NCBI GenBank assembly: GCA_045863395.1
Contig: BTVJ01000007.1
Location: 64,001 to 128,000, forward strand
Length of the DNA stretch: 64,000 nt
Reading direction: 5' to 3'
Source of the DNA: Myxococcales bacterium
GTDB taxonomy: Bacteria > Myxococcota_A > UBA9042 > JABWCM01 > BTVJ01
This document shows positions 47,105-59,049 of this stretch, in pieces (the first letter of the stretch is position 1; each line of letters begins with the position of its first letter). Position numbers and translations under genes: made by a program. Below the pieces are notes generated by a model, which was not told the origin of the DNA, did no database searches, and saw nothing but the letters and a program-made list of their open reading frames with translations.

Positions 47105-49428
47105 TGCGCATCCCGTGGTGGCTCGGCGTCCCCTTCGCCCGGCGTAACGCCCTGGGGCTCTGTCTGGGGATTCCGCTCGCCGTGTTCCTGGTCATCCTCG
47201 TGGCGCTCCCCATCCCGCGCATCGAGTGGGAGCCTCTCCCCGTGCCCGACGAGGGAAACGGCTGCCGCGCTCCCGTCCTCGACACGCTGACGGTGCCCTC
47301 GATCTGCCGTCCGATCACCAACACGCCGGTGTCCCCGCTCTACTCGTGCAGCCCGATCGGGTTCAGCGACGCGGATTGGCGGATTGAGGTCCGACTGCGG
47401 GGGCTGACCGACGGGTGTGAGTACGCCTTCGAGTGGGTCTCGCTGCCGTTTCGCCGGCTTGACCCGGGGCGGGTGCGCCCGGCCCTCGGGTTCTCTCTCG
47501 ACCCGCAGTACGCTCCCCCCGTCTGTGACGTGCCGGCGGACGGGGTGACCCGGTGCGCGACCGATGCGGCGCCGTGGAAGGCGTACTACCTCGTCGCGCG
47601 ATCAGTGTCCGAGGGCGGGCAACAGTCCGGTCCTGCCTACGCGGGCGGGTTCGAGGTGTATCAGACCGACGGACCCAACATCCGAGGCCGAATGGCCGCC
47701 CGGGGACTTGGCGTCGTGCTCGGCGGCGCGGGTCTCCTGCTGCCGCTTGCCCTGTGGTGGAGGCGGCTCAACGCCGGTGTACCCCGTCTCCCGCGCAGCG
47801 CGGTGGTCGCGACCATGACCGCCTGGGGTGGCGCCGTCACGGCCCTCGCTCTCGCGCTGCTGCCGTCAGACCTGGGGGGGCCGGACCTCCTCAGGCTCGA
47901 CCGCCTGGTATGGCAGCCGTTGTACGGCGCGGTAGCGGGCGCAGCGCTCGGGGTCGGCGCCGATGACCTCCGGCGCCGGTACAGCCTTGCGAGCACCGCG
48001 GGGCGTCTGTTCATCTTGGGGACCTTCGTCGTCCTCATCGTCGGGGGGGCGCTGCTGATGCATCACTCCACGAGTGCTGGCAGCGGCCCGACGCTCTCCT
48101 TCACGTATCTGAAGTACAAGTCTCGCTACTACATCTACCTTCTGCTCTCACTCACCCTCCCATTGCTCGCCGTCGGTCAGGTCCCCTGGCGTGGTCCGGA
48201 GTGGAGCCTGACGGGGACACTGAACCCCACGCGCTCCGTGGCTGCGCGGACTCTCCTGGTTGCGTCGCTCTGTGGGGTAGCGACCAACGCCGTCGCGCTC
48301 GCCGTGGGCTCCGTCGTCGAGGTCCCCAACATCGGGACGTCCATGTCCGGCTTCTTCAAGCCTGCGTCTGCCTGGGGCATCCTGGCGTGTCTCCTCCCGG
48401 CGCTCGGCACCCTGGCCGTCGCGGTCAACCTGGGTGAAGGCCGCCCCCCGTGGGTCCAGTCATTGGTCGCCTTGGCGGATGAGCTGCTCCGGTCCCAGGC
48501 CGTGGACACCACGCGCCGGGCTGCGAAGGGGCGGGAGCTGCTCGGGTCAATGATTGCTGCCGACCCGGCGACCCTGAGCCGGCACGCACGCCAGCTCCTG
48601 CCGGTGGCGGTGTGCCTCCCCGAGGTGATCGGCGCCGTGGCTACCTCTGCGCACGACGTGGAGCAGCTTGCGGAGCAGCTCAGCCTCCCTCCGTCCGTGG
48701 CCTCTGAGAAGTTGCGGGTGGTTCAGGACATCCTCGCCGCTGCCCGGCAGGCATGGACTCGTGAGACCACGCGCGGCTTGGTGCCCATGGTCGGGCGCGA
48801 CGGGACGCTCCACGCAGGGGTCGTGCACAGCCATCTGGGGCCGAACCTGGCGCCCGAGCCGGAGCCCCGGCTCGAGGTGTGGTGCAATGGGCGACTGCAC
48901 CTCGCGGCGCACCCCGTCGCGACGAGCGTGCAGGCGGTCTTCAACGGCGTCCGGGATGCCTGGTTCCCCCGCGACGACGTAGCCGTCCTCAGGTGGGCGG
49001 TGGTGCAGGTCCACCTCGATTATCCTGACGAGCCCATGCTTGGGAGCATGGGCCGCGGTGTCAGCGGCCAGAGCTACGAGCTCGCCGTGGCCCTGAGTCT
49101 GCTGGAGCTGATCCTCGCGCAACCGCCGGTCGTGCCTTGGGCCGCAACCGGGCTGATCGATCACGGGAGCAGAGTCGTCACGGGCGTGGACCACGCCGCC
49201 ACCAAAGCGGGGATCACCACCGATCGCGTCCTGCTGCTCCCACCTCAACACGTCGCAGAGGTCTCGCCGCACGTCGACCACGTGCTGGAGGTCTCCACGC
49301 GCATCGACGCCGACCGGGTCCGCGCAAGGCTCGCATCCGGTGTCGTCGCCGGGCAGCGGGTGGCCGTGGCCGTGGAGTCCGTCTACCTTGCGGCGGCCGT
49401 CCTGTACGGGGAGCGCCTGGACGCGTGA
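47104..49428 (+). CDS. Multi-pass membrane protein with C-terminal Lon-type (S16) Ser-Lys protease domain
   Basis: N-terminal TM, Cys-containing ectodomain, about 7 further hydrophobic helices; SGQSYELA (Ser657), ATG peptide with Thr at +25, Lys at +44. Confidence 0.72.
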   Translation: MRIPWWLGVPFARRNALGLCLGIPLAVFLVILVALPIPRIEWEPLPVPDEGNGCRAPVLDTLTVPSICRPITNTPVSPLYSCSPIGFSDADWRIEVRLRGLTDGCEYAFEWVSLPFRRLDPGRVRPALGFSLDPQYAPPVCDVPADGVTRCATDAAPWKAYYLVARSVSEGGQQSGPAYAGGFEVYQTDGPNIRGRMAARGLGVVLGGAGLLLPLALWWRRLNAGVPRLPRSAVVATMTAWGGAVTALALALLPSDLGGPDLLRLDRLVWQPLYGAVAGAALGVGADDLRRRYSLASTAGRLFILGTFVVLIVGGALLMHHSTSAGSGPTLSFTYLKYKSRYYIYLLLSLTLPLLAVGQVPWRGPEWSLTGTLNPTRSVAARTLLVASLCGVATNAVALAVGSVVEVPNIGTSMSGFFKPASAWGILACLLPALGTLAVAVNLGEGRPPWVQSLVALADELLRSQAVDTTRRAAKGRELLGSMIAADPATLSRHARQLLPVAVCLPEVIGAVATSAHDVEQLAEQLSLPPSVASEKLRVVQDILAAARQAWTRETTRGLVPMVGRDGTLHAGVVHSHLGPNLAPEPEPRLEVWCNGRLHLAAHPVATSVQAVFNGVRDAWFPRDDVAVLRWAVVQVHLDYPDEPMLGSMGRGVSGQSYELAVALSLLELILAQPPVVPWAATGLIDHGSRVVTGVDHAATKAGITTDRVLLLPPQHVAEVSPHVDHVLEVSTRIDADRVRARLASGVVAGQRVAVAVESVYLAAAVLYGERLDA

Positions 49429-49503
49429 CCGCCCCCTCCCAGCGCATGACACGCACCGCCCACCGGAGTAGCATGCGCCCGAGGCACATGAGCGGAGGGC
49501 GCG

Positions 49504-52500
49504 ATGAAGAGGTGGCTGTGGTTGGTGCTGGTGCTCGGGGCGTGCGGCGAGGGGGTGACCACGGGCGGCGGTGACGTTGCAGACACCAGGGGCGACAGCC
49601 TCGGGGTAGACTCCGGGAGCGCCGACGCCGCCATCGCGGACGTGGGGGCGCCCGACGTCGCCTCCGTGGACGTCGCTGAGGAGGACGCCGGCACCGCCCC
49701 GACCTGCGACGACTCCGACAGCGGCGGCTTCGGCTGCCCCTGCGCGACGAACGCGGACTGCGAAAGCGGGTACTGCCATGCCGCCAAGAGCGGGAGCTTC
49801 TGCACCGTCGTCTGCGAGGAGTCCTGCCCCAAGGGGTGGCAGTGCAAGAGCACGGTGACGGGGCCCGACATCGTCTGGCTGTGCGTGCCCAAGGCGGACA
49901 TCCTGTGCGAGCCCTGCGCCGACTCCAAGGAGTGCGGCGAGCTGGCGGACCTGTGCACGCCGGTCGGCGACTCGGGCACCTTCTGCACCCTCGGGTGTGC
50001 CACGGACGCCGACTGCCCCATCGACTACCGCTGCGGCGACGTCGGCGAGGCGGGGGGGCTGACCGTGCGCCAGTGCCTGCCCGAGACCGGGAGCTGTGTC
50101 TGCACCGCTGCGCTCGACGGCACCAGCGAGGCGTGCTCGATCACCAACGACCACGGCACCTGCTACGGGCAGCGGACCTGCGACGGTCCGGCCGGCTGGT
50201 CCGAGTGCAACGCCAAGGCCCCCGCCGTCGAGACCTGCAACGGGTTCGACGACGACTGCAATGGGGTCTCCGACGATGGGCTCGCTCCTCATGCGTGTGA
50301 GGCCAGCAACGAGCATGGTTCGTGCGCCGGCACCGAGACGTGCAAGGGGGTCGACGGCTGGGTCTGCGACGCCCCGCTCCCATCGCCGGACCTGTGCGAT
50401 GGCCTCGACAACGACTGTAACGGCGTGACGGACGACGCCTTCCCGACCCTGGGGGAGCCCTGCGACGGAGATGACCCGGACACCTGCCCGTCCGGCACCT
50501 GGGCGTGCGCCGGTGACGGCCTGAGCCTGGTGTGCGTGGGCGATACGCCGTCTCTCGAGGTGTGCGACGGCCTCGACAACGACTGCGACGGCCTGACGGA
50601 CGAGGACTTCGCGCTGCTCGGCGATGCGTGCGACACCGACGACCCGGACGAGTGCGCCGGAGGCACCTGGCAGTGCACTCTCGATGGCAAGGGGACGGCC
50701 TGCGCCGGGGACGTCAACCAGGTGGAGGTCTGCAACGGCGCGGACGACGACTGCGACGGCCAGACCGACGAGGGCTTCGGGGACTCGGACGGAGACGGGG
50801 GTGCCGACTGCGTGGACGAGGACGACGACGGGGACGGGGACCCCGACGCGAGCGACTGCGCCCCGCTGGACCCGGCGATCTACAGCGGCGCCGCCGAGGC
50901 GTGCAACGGTGTCGACGACGACTGCGACGCCCTGATCGACGAGGACTTCCCCGACACGGACGGGGACGGCAAGGCGGACTGCCTGGACGACGACGACGAT
51001 GGGGACGGCATCAAGGACCCGAACGACAACTGCCCGCTCGTCTACAACATCGATCAGAAGGACACGGACGACGACGGCCTCGGTGACGCCTGTGACGACG
51101 ACGACGATGGGGACGGTGTGCCTGACAAGCAGGACAACTGCCCGCTCGTCTGGAACGCGGGCCAGCAGAACAGCGACGAGGACCCCCTCGGTGATGCCTG
51201 CGACGACGACGATGACGACGACGGGGACCCGGATCAGACCGACTGCGCGCCGAAGAACCCTGCCGTGCACCATGGGGCCGTCGAGGTCTGCGACGGCCTC
51301 GACAACGACTGCGATGTGGTGGTGGACGAGGGCTTCCCGGACACGGACAAGGACGGCGTGGCGGACTGCGTGGATCTGGACGACGACGGCGACGGGGACC
51401 CGGACGAGACGGACTGCGCGCCGCTGAACCCGTCGATCTTCAACGGGGCCTTCGAGCTGTGCAACGGCAAGGACGACGACTGCGACGGGGAGACCGACGA
51501 GGGCTACCCGGACAAGGACGGAAACGGCGTGCCCGACTGCCAGGACGACGACATCGACGGGGACGGCGATCCCAACGGGTCGGACTGCGCCCCGGAGGAC
51601 GCGACCATCCACCACAACGCGCCGGAGAAGTGCAACGGCAAGGACGACAACTGCAATGGCGTCGTCGACGAGGGCTTCCCCGACACTGACAAGGACGGGC
51701 TGGCGGACTGTCTCGACACGGACGACGACGCCGACGGCGTGCCGGACGAGTCCGACAACTGTCCCCTCGTGTCGAACCCGACCCAGGCAGACAAGGACGG
51801 CGACGGAGTGGGGGACGCCTGCGACCCGGACCAGGATGGCGACGGAGACCCCAACCAGACGGACTGCGCCCCCCTGAACCCGCAGATCGGCCACGGTGCC
51901 ACCGAGGTCTGCAATGGCGTGGACGACGACTGCGACGCGCTGATCGACGAGGAGGGCGCGTCCGGGTGTCAGCCGTACTCCTTCGACGGAGACAACGACG
52001 GGTTTGGCAATGACGCAAACGTCAAGTGCCTGTGCGCCCCGTCGGGCAAGCACACCGCGCTGCTCGGGGGAGACTGCAATGACGCCAACGCGACCGTGTT
52101 CCCCGGGGCCGCGGAGCTGTGCAACGGCGTGGACGACGACTGCGACGGAGAGACCGACGAGCAGGACGCGGGCGGGTGCAAGCCCTACTATGCGGACACG
52201 GACGCGGACGGGTATGGCGCTGGGGATCCGGCCTGTCTCTGCAAGGCCGCGGCGCCGTTCACGTCGAGCGTGGCAGGAGACTGCGACGACGCGGCCAAGA
52301 CGGTCAATCCCGGCGTGGCTGAGACGTGCAATGGCGTCGATGACGACTGCGACGGCCAGGTGGACGAGGTCGGGGCCGGCGGCTGCCAGGTCTGGTACAT
52401 CGACGGCGACGGAGACAACTATGGCGCAGCGGGCACCGGCCTCTGTCTGTGCGGCGCGAGCGCGACGCACACGGTCAAGCAGGGCGGGGACTGCAATGAC

Positions 52501-55308
52501 GGAGACCCGACGATCAACGGCGGCGCGGCGGAGCTGTGCAACGGCATCGACGACGACTGCGACGGCAGCATCGACGAGGACGGCGCGGCGGACCCGGCCT
52601 GCATCGCGTTCTTCAAGGACGGCGATGGAGACAAGTACGGCACCGGCTCCTCGAAGTGTCTCTGCAAGGCGGACGGACAGTGGTCTGCGATCACGGACGG
52701 AGACTGCAACGACGCGGACCCGGCGGTCAATCCGGGTGCCCCGGAGCTCTGCGGGAACCTCAAGGACGACGACTGTGACGGCCTCACCGACGAGGAGGGC
52801 GCGACGGGGTGTCAGTCCTGGCTCAAGGACGCCGACCAGGACGGCTACGGGGTCACGGCAGACTCCAAGTGCCTCTGCGCCCCCACCGCCCCCTACTCCG
52901 TGAAGGTCGGCGGAGACTGCGACGACGGGGACCCGGCGGTCAAGCCGAGCGCGAAGGAGTCGTGCAACGCCGTGGACGACGACTGCGACGGTACGGTCGA
53001 CAACGAAGGCGCCACGGGCTGCGACAAGTACTACGTCGATGGGGACGGCGACGGCTACGGGGCCAATCTGCCGCCCAAGTGCCTGTGTCTCCCCGCGGGA
53101 GACTATCAGGCCGTGCTGCCCGGAGACTGCAACGACGGGGACAGCGGAGTCTATCCGGCCCATCCCGAGTTGTGCGATGGCAAGGACAACAACTGCAACG
53201 GCAGCATCGACGAGGGTGTGACCACCACCTGGTATCTGGACCAGGACGGCGACGGCTTCGGCGCGAGCTCCACGCAGAAGGAGGCGTGCACGAAGCCCGT
53301 CGGGTATGCGGACAAGGGCGGAGACTGCGTGGACTTCAACCCGGCCATCAACCCGGGAGCCAAGGAGATCTGCAACGACCTCGACGACAACTGCAACGGT
53401 GCCATCGACGAGGTGAACCCGGCAGACCCCAATGACCCCAACAAGAAGGTGCCGGTCTACAAGGACCTGGACGGAGACGGGCACGGCGCGGTCCAGGCAG
53501 TCGCCGAGCTGCGCTGCCTGTACGACACGGATGGAGACGGCGCGGGGGACACGCCGCCGGCGGGTCTGTCCCTGGTGAAGGACGACTGCAACGACTCCAA
53601 CGCGACCGCCTACCCCGGGGCGCCCGAGCTCTGTGACGGAATCCTGAACAACTGCTCTCAGGCGGTCGCCGACGCCCACTGCCCGACGAAGTGTGCCGGG
53701 AGCTGGCCGGTCACAGCAGGCGGAAGCTCGGGCTACCCCGTCGTGGCCCAGCTCGACGACGACAACGACCTGGAGGTGGTCGTCCAGCAAGGCGGAACCG
53801 TCCGCGTCCTGGAGCACACGGGCGCCGAGAAGTGGAGCGCGGCGGCCGCAGTCAACTACAGCTACCCGGTGGTCGCCGACATGAACGGCGACGGCACCCT
53901 GGACGTGGTGGTGGGTGGCGGCGGCGTGCTGCGCATCTTCCACGGCACGACGGGTGCGCTGCTCTCGTCCATCTCCGCGGGCAGCATCGGCTCCTACTAC
54001 GGCGTCAGCGTCTTCGACGTGGACAACGACGGGGTGCTCGACGTGATCCCCACGGGGTCTGCTCCCTACCACTTGCTGCTTCTCAACGCCAACCTGACAC
54101 TCAAGCAGGACATTCTGCTGAGCCCCGTTGGCGGAGACGGCTTCTACCTGGCCCAGACCACGTTGGCAGACCTGGTCGGCGACGGCGTCCCCGAGATTGC
54201 CCTCGGCAGCGGCAACTGGACCTGCCAGTCGAGCCCATCCACGTGCAAGGGGCGCATGTACGTGTTCGGCGCGAGCGGCGCCCTGTGGAACGACCCGACA
54301 GGCGCCGACCTGGGCGCGCCACAGTTCGCCGTGTCTGGCTACCCGCTTGGCTACGCGGGCGAGGGACGGTGGCCCGTGGCGGCGAACATCGACGGCGCCG
54401 GCGGCACGGAGCTGCTCCAGGCGTTCGCGACCGCCGGCCCCCATGTGTGGCGCAAGGACGGGACGGACCACCCGCAGACGGGGGCCTTCGGGGCCTCGTT
54501 CCCGATGCTGGCGCCCATCAACTCTGCCGGCGCATCCATCAACACGCTCTCTCTCGTCGCCGGTCCCGTCGCCGACGTGGACGGTGACGGCATCTACGAG
54601 GTCTTCGAGGGGGGCGCGGGCCTCACTCTCCGCAAGGCGGGCGCGGTCATGGACGGCTTCCCCGTCAAGCTCGGCGCCAGCCCGCCCGTCATCGCGGACC
54701 TCAACCGCGATGGCCAGCTCGACGCGCTGTTCCTGAGCGGGTCCAACAACGCCGTGAACTGCTACACGCTCGGGGCCGGCACCTACGACGACGCGCGCAT
54801 CCTCCACTACGGGACCGTGGACGGCCTCGGCCGAAACCACGGCTACACCGGCGCCCTCGACCCCTTCGAGCCCAACGACGTGCGTCAGGCGCCCTACGTG
54901 CCTGCGTCGAGCCCCAACCCGGTCCTGGCGTCGCGGGCGTACAAGATCCGCGCCCTGCGCGACGTATACAGCTCCGGCGGGGGCTGGACCCACCGCCTGC
55001 GCGCGCTGATCTCCGAGCCCGGTGACCGGGACCTCTACACGCTCAGCGGGTCCATCATCGCGGTGACGCTGAGCGCGCTCGCGAAGGACTATGACCTCCA
55101 CGTACACATCTTCAAGCCGGACGGCACCTACATCGACACCCTGAGCAGCACCAAGGGTGGCGCGGCCGCCGAGTCCATCACGTGCCACACCACGACAGGC
55201 TGCCCGGCCGTCGGGGGCAGCATCTTCCTCATCGAGGTGCGGGGGAAGGACGAGGCCACCGACTTCGGGCCCTTCCCCTACATCCTGAACACGAGCTGGG
55301 CGAACTGA
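49504..55308 (+). CDS. Giant surface lipoprotein (1934 aa) with MopE-like metal-binding and thrombospondin type-3 repeats, FG-GAP region and C-terminal PPC-like domain
   Basis: Lipobox VLGAC; many ExCNGxDDDCDGxxDE and DxDxDG repeats; DNCPLVx[15 protein letters not shown]. Confidence 0.9.
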   Translation: MKRWLWLVLVLGACGEGVTTGGGDVADTRGDSLGVDSGSADAAIADVGAPDVASVDVAEEDAGTAPTCDDSDSGGFGCPCATNADCESGYCHAAKSGSFCTVVCEESCPKGWQCKSTVTGPDIVWLCVPKADILCEPCADSKECGELADLCTPVGDSGTFCTLGCATDADCPIDYRCGDVGEAGGLTVRQCLPETGSCVCTAALDGTSEACSITNDHGTCYGQRTCDGPAGWSECNAKAPAVETCNGFDDDCNGVSDDGLAPHACEASNEHGSCAGTETCKGVDGWVCDAPLPSPDLCDGLDNDCNGVTDDAFPTLGEPCDGDDPDTCPSGTWACAGDGLSLVCVGDTPSLEVCDGLDNDCDGLTDEDFALLGDACDTDDPDECAGGTWQCTLDGKGTACAGDVNQVEVCNGADDDCDGQTDEGFGDSDGDGGADCVDEDDDGDGDPDASDCAPLDPAIYSGAAEACNGVDDDCDALIDEDFPDTDGDGKADCLDDDDDGDGIKDPNDNCPLVYNIDQKDTDDDGLGDACDDDDDGDGVPDKQDNCPLVWNAGQQNSDEDPLGDACDDDDDDDGDPDQTDCAPKNPAVHHGAVEVCDGLDNDCDVVVDEGFPDTDKDGVADCVDLDDDGDGDPDETDCAPLNPSIFNGAFELCNGKDDDCDGETDEGYPDKDGNGVPDCQDDDIDGDGDPNGSDCAPEDATIHHNAPEKCNGKDDNCNGVVDEGFPDTDKDGLADCLDTDDDADGVPDESDNCPLVSNPTQADKDGDGVGDACDPDQDGDGDPNQTDCAPLNPQIGHGATEVCNGVDDDCDALIDEEGASGCQPYSFDGDNDGFGNDANVKCLCAPSGKHTALLGGDCNDANATVFPGAAELCNGVDDDCDGETDEQDAGGCKPYYADTDADGYGAGDPACLCKAAAPFTSSVAGDCDDAAKTVNPGVAETCNGVDDDCDGQVDEVGAGGCQVWYIDGDGDNYGAAGTGLCLCGASATHTVKQGGDCNDGDPTINGGAAELCNGIDDDCDGSIDEDGAADPACIAFFKDGDGDKYGTGSSKCLCKADGQWSAITDGDCNDADPAVNPGAPELCGNLKDDDCDGLTDEEGATGCQSWLKDADQDGYGVTADSKCLCAPTAPYSVKVGGDCDDGDPAVKPSAKESCNAVDDDCDGTVDNEGATGCDKYYVDGDGDGYGANLPPKCLCLPAGDYQAVLPGDCNDGDSGVYPAHPELCDGKDNNCNGSIDEGVTTTWYLDQDGDGFGASSTQKEACTKPVGYADKGGDCVDFNPAINPGAKEICNDLDDNCNGAIDEVNPADPNDPNKKVPVYKDLDGDGHGAVQAVAELRCLYDTDGDGAGDTPPAGLSLVKDDCNDSNATAYPGAPELCDGILNNCSQAVADAHCPTKCAGSWPVTAGGSSGYPVVAQLDDDNDLEVVVQQGGTVRVLEHTGAEKWSAAAAVNYSYPVVADMNGDGTLDVVVGGGGVLRIFHGTTGALLSSISAGSIGSYYGVSVFDVDNDGVLDVIPTGSAPYHLLLLNANLTLKQDILLSPVGGDGFYLAQTTLADLVGDGVPEIALGSGNWTCQSSPSTCKGRMYVFGASGALWNDPTGADLGAPQFAVSGYPLGYAGEGRWPVAANIDGAGGTELLQAFATAGPHVWRKDGTDHPQTGAFGASFPMLAPINSAGASINTLSLVAGPVADVDGDGIYEVFEGGAGLTLRKAGAVMDGFPVKLGASPPVIADLNRDGQLDALFLSGSNNAVNCYTLGAGTYDDARILHYGTVDGLGRNHGYTGALDPFEPNDVRQAPYVPASSPNPVLASRAYKIRALRDVYSSGGGWTHRLRALISEPGDRDLYTLSGSIIAVTLSALAKDYDLHVHIFKPDGTYIDTLSSTKGGAAAESITCHTTTGCPAVGGSIFLIEVRGKDEATDFGPFPYILNTSWAN

Positions 55309-55387
55309 GGCGGAGCATCCTTCCTGGCGATGGCGCCCCCTCGCTGCTACCCTGCCTCGTTGCCGGCGCCCGGGGTGGCCCGGCGCT

Positions 55388-57472
55388 GTGAGGTCTTCGT
55401 TGAGACACCTGCCTTCGTGGCTGCTGCCGGCCCTCGTCGCCCTGACCGCGTGCAGCGACGACACTGCGACCACGGTTGACACGTCAACCGTGGACCTGGA
55501 CGCGACCCCCTTCGTGCCGGACGCAGGGCCGCCCGACGCGCTGCCCTCGGACGTGGACGCGGCGCCCTTCGTCCCGACGGGGAGCTGCGACGACGGCACC
55601 GTGCGGGTGCTGCGTGTGGCGCCGTGGCCTGGGCGGGGGCTCCAGATCACGCTGGAGCTGCGCACGCCCGAGGGAGCGCCCGCCACGGAGGGAGAGGCGA
55701 TCAGCGCGCGCCTCTTGAGCCCTGGTGGGGAGCACGAGGCGGTGATCAAGAAGGCCTGGCAGACCGGCGGCATCACCGGCGTCATCGTCGTCCCGTCGCC
55801 GGACGCGGCGACCCACGCGGCCCGCGTCGCCGCCGCGAGGGCCTTCGTCGCGGCCCTCCCCGAGCGGGAGCGGGTCGCCCTGTGGGCAGCGTCCGTGCCC
55901 GTGACGCTCCTCGCCGAGCTCACCGACGAGAAGGCCCACCTGGACGCGCGCCTGGCGGCGCTCGCGCCCTCCGCCGGCAGCGCCCCCGCCGGCCCCCAGC
56001 TCTCCGGGATCAGGCAGGCGCTCGTCGCGGCGGAGGGGGCCTACGGCCCGCCAAGCCGGCACCTGGTGATCGTGGACGCGGACGCCGGGGACCCCGACGC
56101 GCTGCCTCTCGTTGCCATCCAGACGTCGTGGCTCCTGCCGGGGGAGGACGGTGCCTCGCTTGCCGCCGACCTCGTCGCGCGCCGCTACGGCATCGTGCGG
56201 GTCGGGGCGTGCCCAGGGGCCGCGAAGGGCGAGGTGCTCACGCTGGAGCTCGACGGGACCCCCTGTGCCCTGAAGGCCCCTGCGCCCATCGATCACATGA
56301 CCGAAGAGCCCTGCGACCCGGCGGCCGCAGCCCTGGACGACTACCCCTTCCCGGCGACCATCGAGCTGTCCTTCACGGCGACGGAGCGCGCCGCCTGGCA
56401 GGCCCGCAAACAGGCGAACAGCAAGGAGGACTTCCGGACGTCGGTGCGCCTTGGCGCCGGGAGTCCCATCGCCGCGACGGCTCACCTGCGGGGGCACACC
56501 TCGTTGAGCTGCGACCGTCGCAACTACAACGTCAATCTGGACGGCGGCGACGAGCGGCGCCTCGCCCCCGGGGCCGCCACCGACAAGTTCTATCTGATCA
56601 GCATGTGCAAGGACGTGGGCTACTTCAACCAGACCTTCGCGGCCCGGCTGCTTGCGCCCCTCGGTGTGTTCAACCTCCAGTGGCGCTACGTGCGCCTCGT
56701 GGAGGATGGCGTGGACCGGGGCGCCTACCTGCTGCTGGAGCAGCCGGACGAGGGCCTCGTCCAGGACCACGTGGACCTGGCCGCAATCATCCGGCGCCGC
56801 TTCGACCCGGAGGATCAGCCCGAGGACGTCAAGCTTGCGAAGGCGGGCAACGCCAAGGCCCTCGCAGCCTATGAGGCGGTGGTGGACATCGCCCAGAAGG
56901 CGCCCCTCGACGAGCTGGAGCAGCGCCTCGGCGAGGTGCTCGACGTGGACGCCTACCTGCGCTGGCTCGCGTTCATGACCTTCATGGTCAACGGCGACTA
57001 CGTGGACGAGGTCTACTTCTACGGAGCCGAGGAGGCGGGGCACGTCTACTTCCGCATCCTCAACTGGGACCCCGACGACCTGTTCAGCCCGTGCCACCAC
57101 GGCAGCAAGTTCGCCTACAAGGACCCAGCGGGCATCCTCTACTGCTCCGAGGGCAAGATCGACGAGGCGGTGCTCCGGTCGCCGGCGCTCTACGGGCGTT
57201 TCGTGCAGCACCTGGAGCAGGTCATGGCGGACCACCCGGCCGACAAGCTGGCCTGGACCATGGGGGAGATCCGGGACCAGCTCTTCGCCGTCGTCGCCAC
57301 CGACGCCACCGCCAAGGCCATGGGCGAGCTCCAGCAGTCCCACCCGGACGCGGGCACCCAGGCCGGGTTTCGGAAGGTGGTCACCACGCTGACGGAGGAG
57401 ATGCTCGCTGCGGCCGAGGCCTCCCGCAAGGACCTGAAGGCGAAGATCGTCGTGTGGAGGGCCTCCCGATGA
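55388..57472 (+). CDS. CotH kinase family lipoprotein with extended N-terminal domain
   Basis: Lipobox LTAC; HLRGHTSL..RRNY, GAYLLLEQ, NGDY, NWDPDD. Confidence 0.82.
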   Translation: MRSSLRHLPSWLLPALVALTACSDDTATTVDTSTVDLDATPFVPDAGPPDALPSDVDAAPFVPTGSCDDGTVRVLRVAPWPGRGLQITLELRTPEGAPATEGEAISARLLSPGGEHEAVIKKAWQTGGITGVIVVPSPDAATHAARVAAARAFVAALPERERVALWAASVPVTLLAELTDEKAHLDARLAALAPSAGSAPAGPQLSGIRQALVAAEGAYGPPSRHLVIVDADAGDPDALPLVAIQTSWLLPGEDGASLAADLVARRYGIVRVGACPGAAKGEVLTLELDGTPCALKAPAPIDHMTEEPCDPAAAALDDYPFPATIELSFTATERAAWQARKQANSKEDFRTSVRLGAGSPIAATAHLRGHTSLSCDRRNYNVNLDGGDERRLAPGAATDKFYLISMCKDVGYFNQTFAARLLAPLGVFNLQWRYVRLVEDGVDRGAYLLLEQPDEGLVQDHVDLAAIIRRRFDPEDQPEDVKLAKAGNAKALAAYEAVVDIAQKAPLDELEQRLGEVLDVDAYLRWLAFMTFMVNGDYVDEVYFYGAEEAGHVYFRILNWDPDDLFSPCHHGSKFAYKDPAGILYCSEGKIDEAVLRSPALYGRFVQHLEQVMADHPADKLAWTMGEIRDQLFAVVATDATAKAMGELQQSHPDAGTQAGFRKVVTTLTEEMLAAAEASRKDLKAKIVVWRASR

Positions 57473-59049
57473 GGCGCGCGCTCGCCCTCGTGCTGCTCCT
57501 GGCGTGCGATGACGCGGGGGACCGTGCGCCCGAGGCCGGAGCGGCGGACGTTCCCGGCGACGGGGGGAGCGGCAGCGTCGATGCAGGCGACGCCGGCTGC
57601 CCCACCTGCCCCACGTTCGACGTGACCGTGGACACCACCGACGTCCTGCCCGACGCGCCGCCAGTCCTGGTCTCCGTGGAGCTGCCCCACGAGCTGGTCC
57701 CCGGCCGGCCCGCCACGGCGGTGCTGCGGGTCCCCGCGGGGGAGCTCGGTCCGGTCACGGCCACCGTGGATGTGGTGGTTGGGGGGACGACGCGCAAGGC
57801 CACCATCTACCGCGGCGTCGGCAGCCTCCCGGTGGTGGCCCCATCCGAGGGCGAGCTGACCATCGCCGTCGCGGGCGACGGGCTCGCCGGTGAGCGCGCG
57901 GTCCCCACCGTGGCCAGACCCGCGCGCACACTGACCGGCGTCTTGTCGGGGGGCGACCTGGCGTGGGGCCCGGAGCAGGACGTGCGCATTACTGGCGAAG
58001 TCGTGGTGCCGGCTGGTGAGACGCTGACAATCGAGGCCGGCGCGCGGGTGCTGCTGGAGCCCCAGGCGCGTCTCAAGGTCGACGGCAAGCTGGTCGCCGA
58101 GGGTACGGAGGACGCCCCAGTCCTGCTGACCAGCGCCTCGGAGCCGTGGGGGGAGCTGGACGTCCCGGGTGACGCGACGCTGGCCCACACCTGGCTCATC
58201 GACGGCGGTGGCGACGGGTCGCGCGCGGTGGGCCACTCCAAGTCGCAGCCGGTCGTGCGCGTGGTGGGGGGCTCGCTCACCATGACCGGTGGCGGCATCG
58301 CCGACAGCCCCGGAAAGGCGCTGTGGTCGGACGGCGCCAAGGTGCACCTGGACGGCGTGCTGATCACGCGCTGCGACACGGGCGGCGAGCACAAGGCGTC
58401 GGAGGTGATCCTCTTGCGCTCCCACGTGCTGGAGATCCCCGACGGGGACGGGGTGGTGGCGGACGACGACAATGACGGCATCTACCTGGGCGGTGGGGAC
58501 ACGGGCGGCCCCCAGAGCCACATCGGGGACACCACCTTCGCGGTGGGGGAGGACGACGCCATCGACCACAACGGCGCCAAGGTGCGCATCGAGCGGGTGT
58601 GGATCGAGGGCTTCTTCCACGAGGGCATCGCGACCTCCACCGGCGGGCGGGTGGAGGTCATCGACACGGTGGTCAAGGGGTGCGCGCAGGGCATCGAGTG
58701 TGGCTACGGCGCGCCCGATGTGTCGGTGGTGGGGTGCCTCGTCACGGGGAACGGCGTGGGGCTCCGGTGGGGGGACGACTACGACTGGGAGGCGAAGGGG
58801 ACGTTCCACGTCGAGCGCACCGTGGCCGTGGGGAACACGACCAACGTCCGCTTCGAGGACGACCAGCAAGGAGCGCCGCCGGTGGGCGCGACCTCGATCA
58901 CCTGCTCCATGGTCGACACCCCCGCGTGGGACGGGGTGGGGAACAACGGCGCCGGCATACCGGGCGGGGGCCCGGGTGGGTGCGTCCACCAGGGGAGCGT
59001 CACGGTGGGGCCGACCTGTGGCGTCGTGGGGCCCGGAGCCTGCAAGTGA
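57469..59049 (+). CDS. Right-handed parallel beta-helix lipoprotein
   Basis: ATGA overlap; lipobox LLLAC; VPAGETLTIEAGARV, GTEDAPVLLTS, DNDGI, DDAID, HEGI. Confidence 0.8.
   Translation: MRRALALVLLLACDDAGDRAPEAGAADVPGDGGSGSVDAGDAGCPTCPTFDVTVDTTDVLPDAPPVLVSVELPHELVPGRPATAVLRVPAGELGPVTATVDVVVGGTTRKATIYRGVGSLPVVAPSEGELTIAVAGDGLAGERAVPTVARPARTLTGVLSGGDLAWGPEQDVRITGEVVVPAGETLTIEAGARVLLEPQARLKVDGKLVAEGTEDAPVLLTSASEPWGELDVPGDATLAHTWLIDGGGDGSRAVGHSKSQPVVRVVGGSLTMTGGGIADSPGKALWSDGAKVHLDGVLITRCDTGGEHKASEVILLRSHVLEIPDGDGVVADDDNDGIYLGGGDTGGPQSHIGDTTFAVGEDDAIDHNGAKVRIERVWIEGFFHEGIATSTGGRVEVIDTVVKGCAQGIECGYGAPDVSVVGCLVTGNGVGLRWGDDYDWEAKGTFHVERTVAVGNTTNVRFEDDQQGAPPVGATSITCSMVDTPAWDGVGNNGAGIPGGGPGGCVHQGSVTVGPTCGVVGPGACK

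Noticed and set aside
48547..55923. 2458-aa minus-strand ORF
   Set aside because: Antisense shadow of the 1934-aa repeat protein; Val/Arg/Ala-rich with no motifs, typical of high-GC DNA
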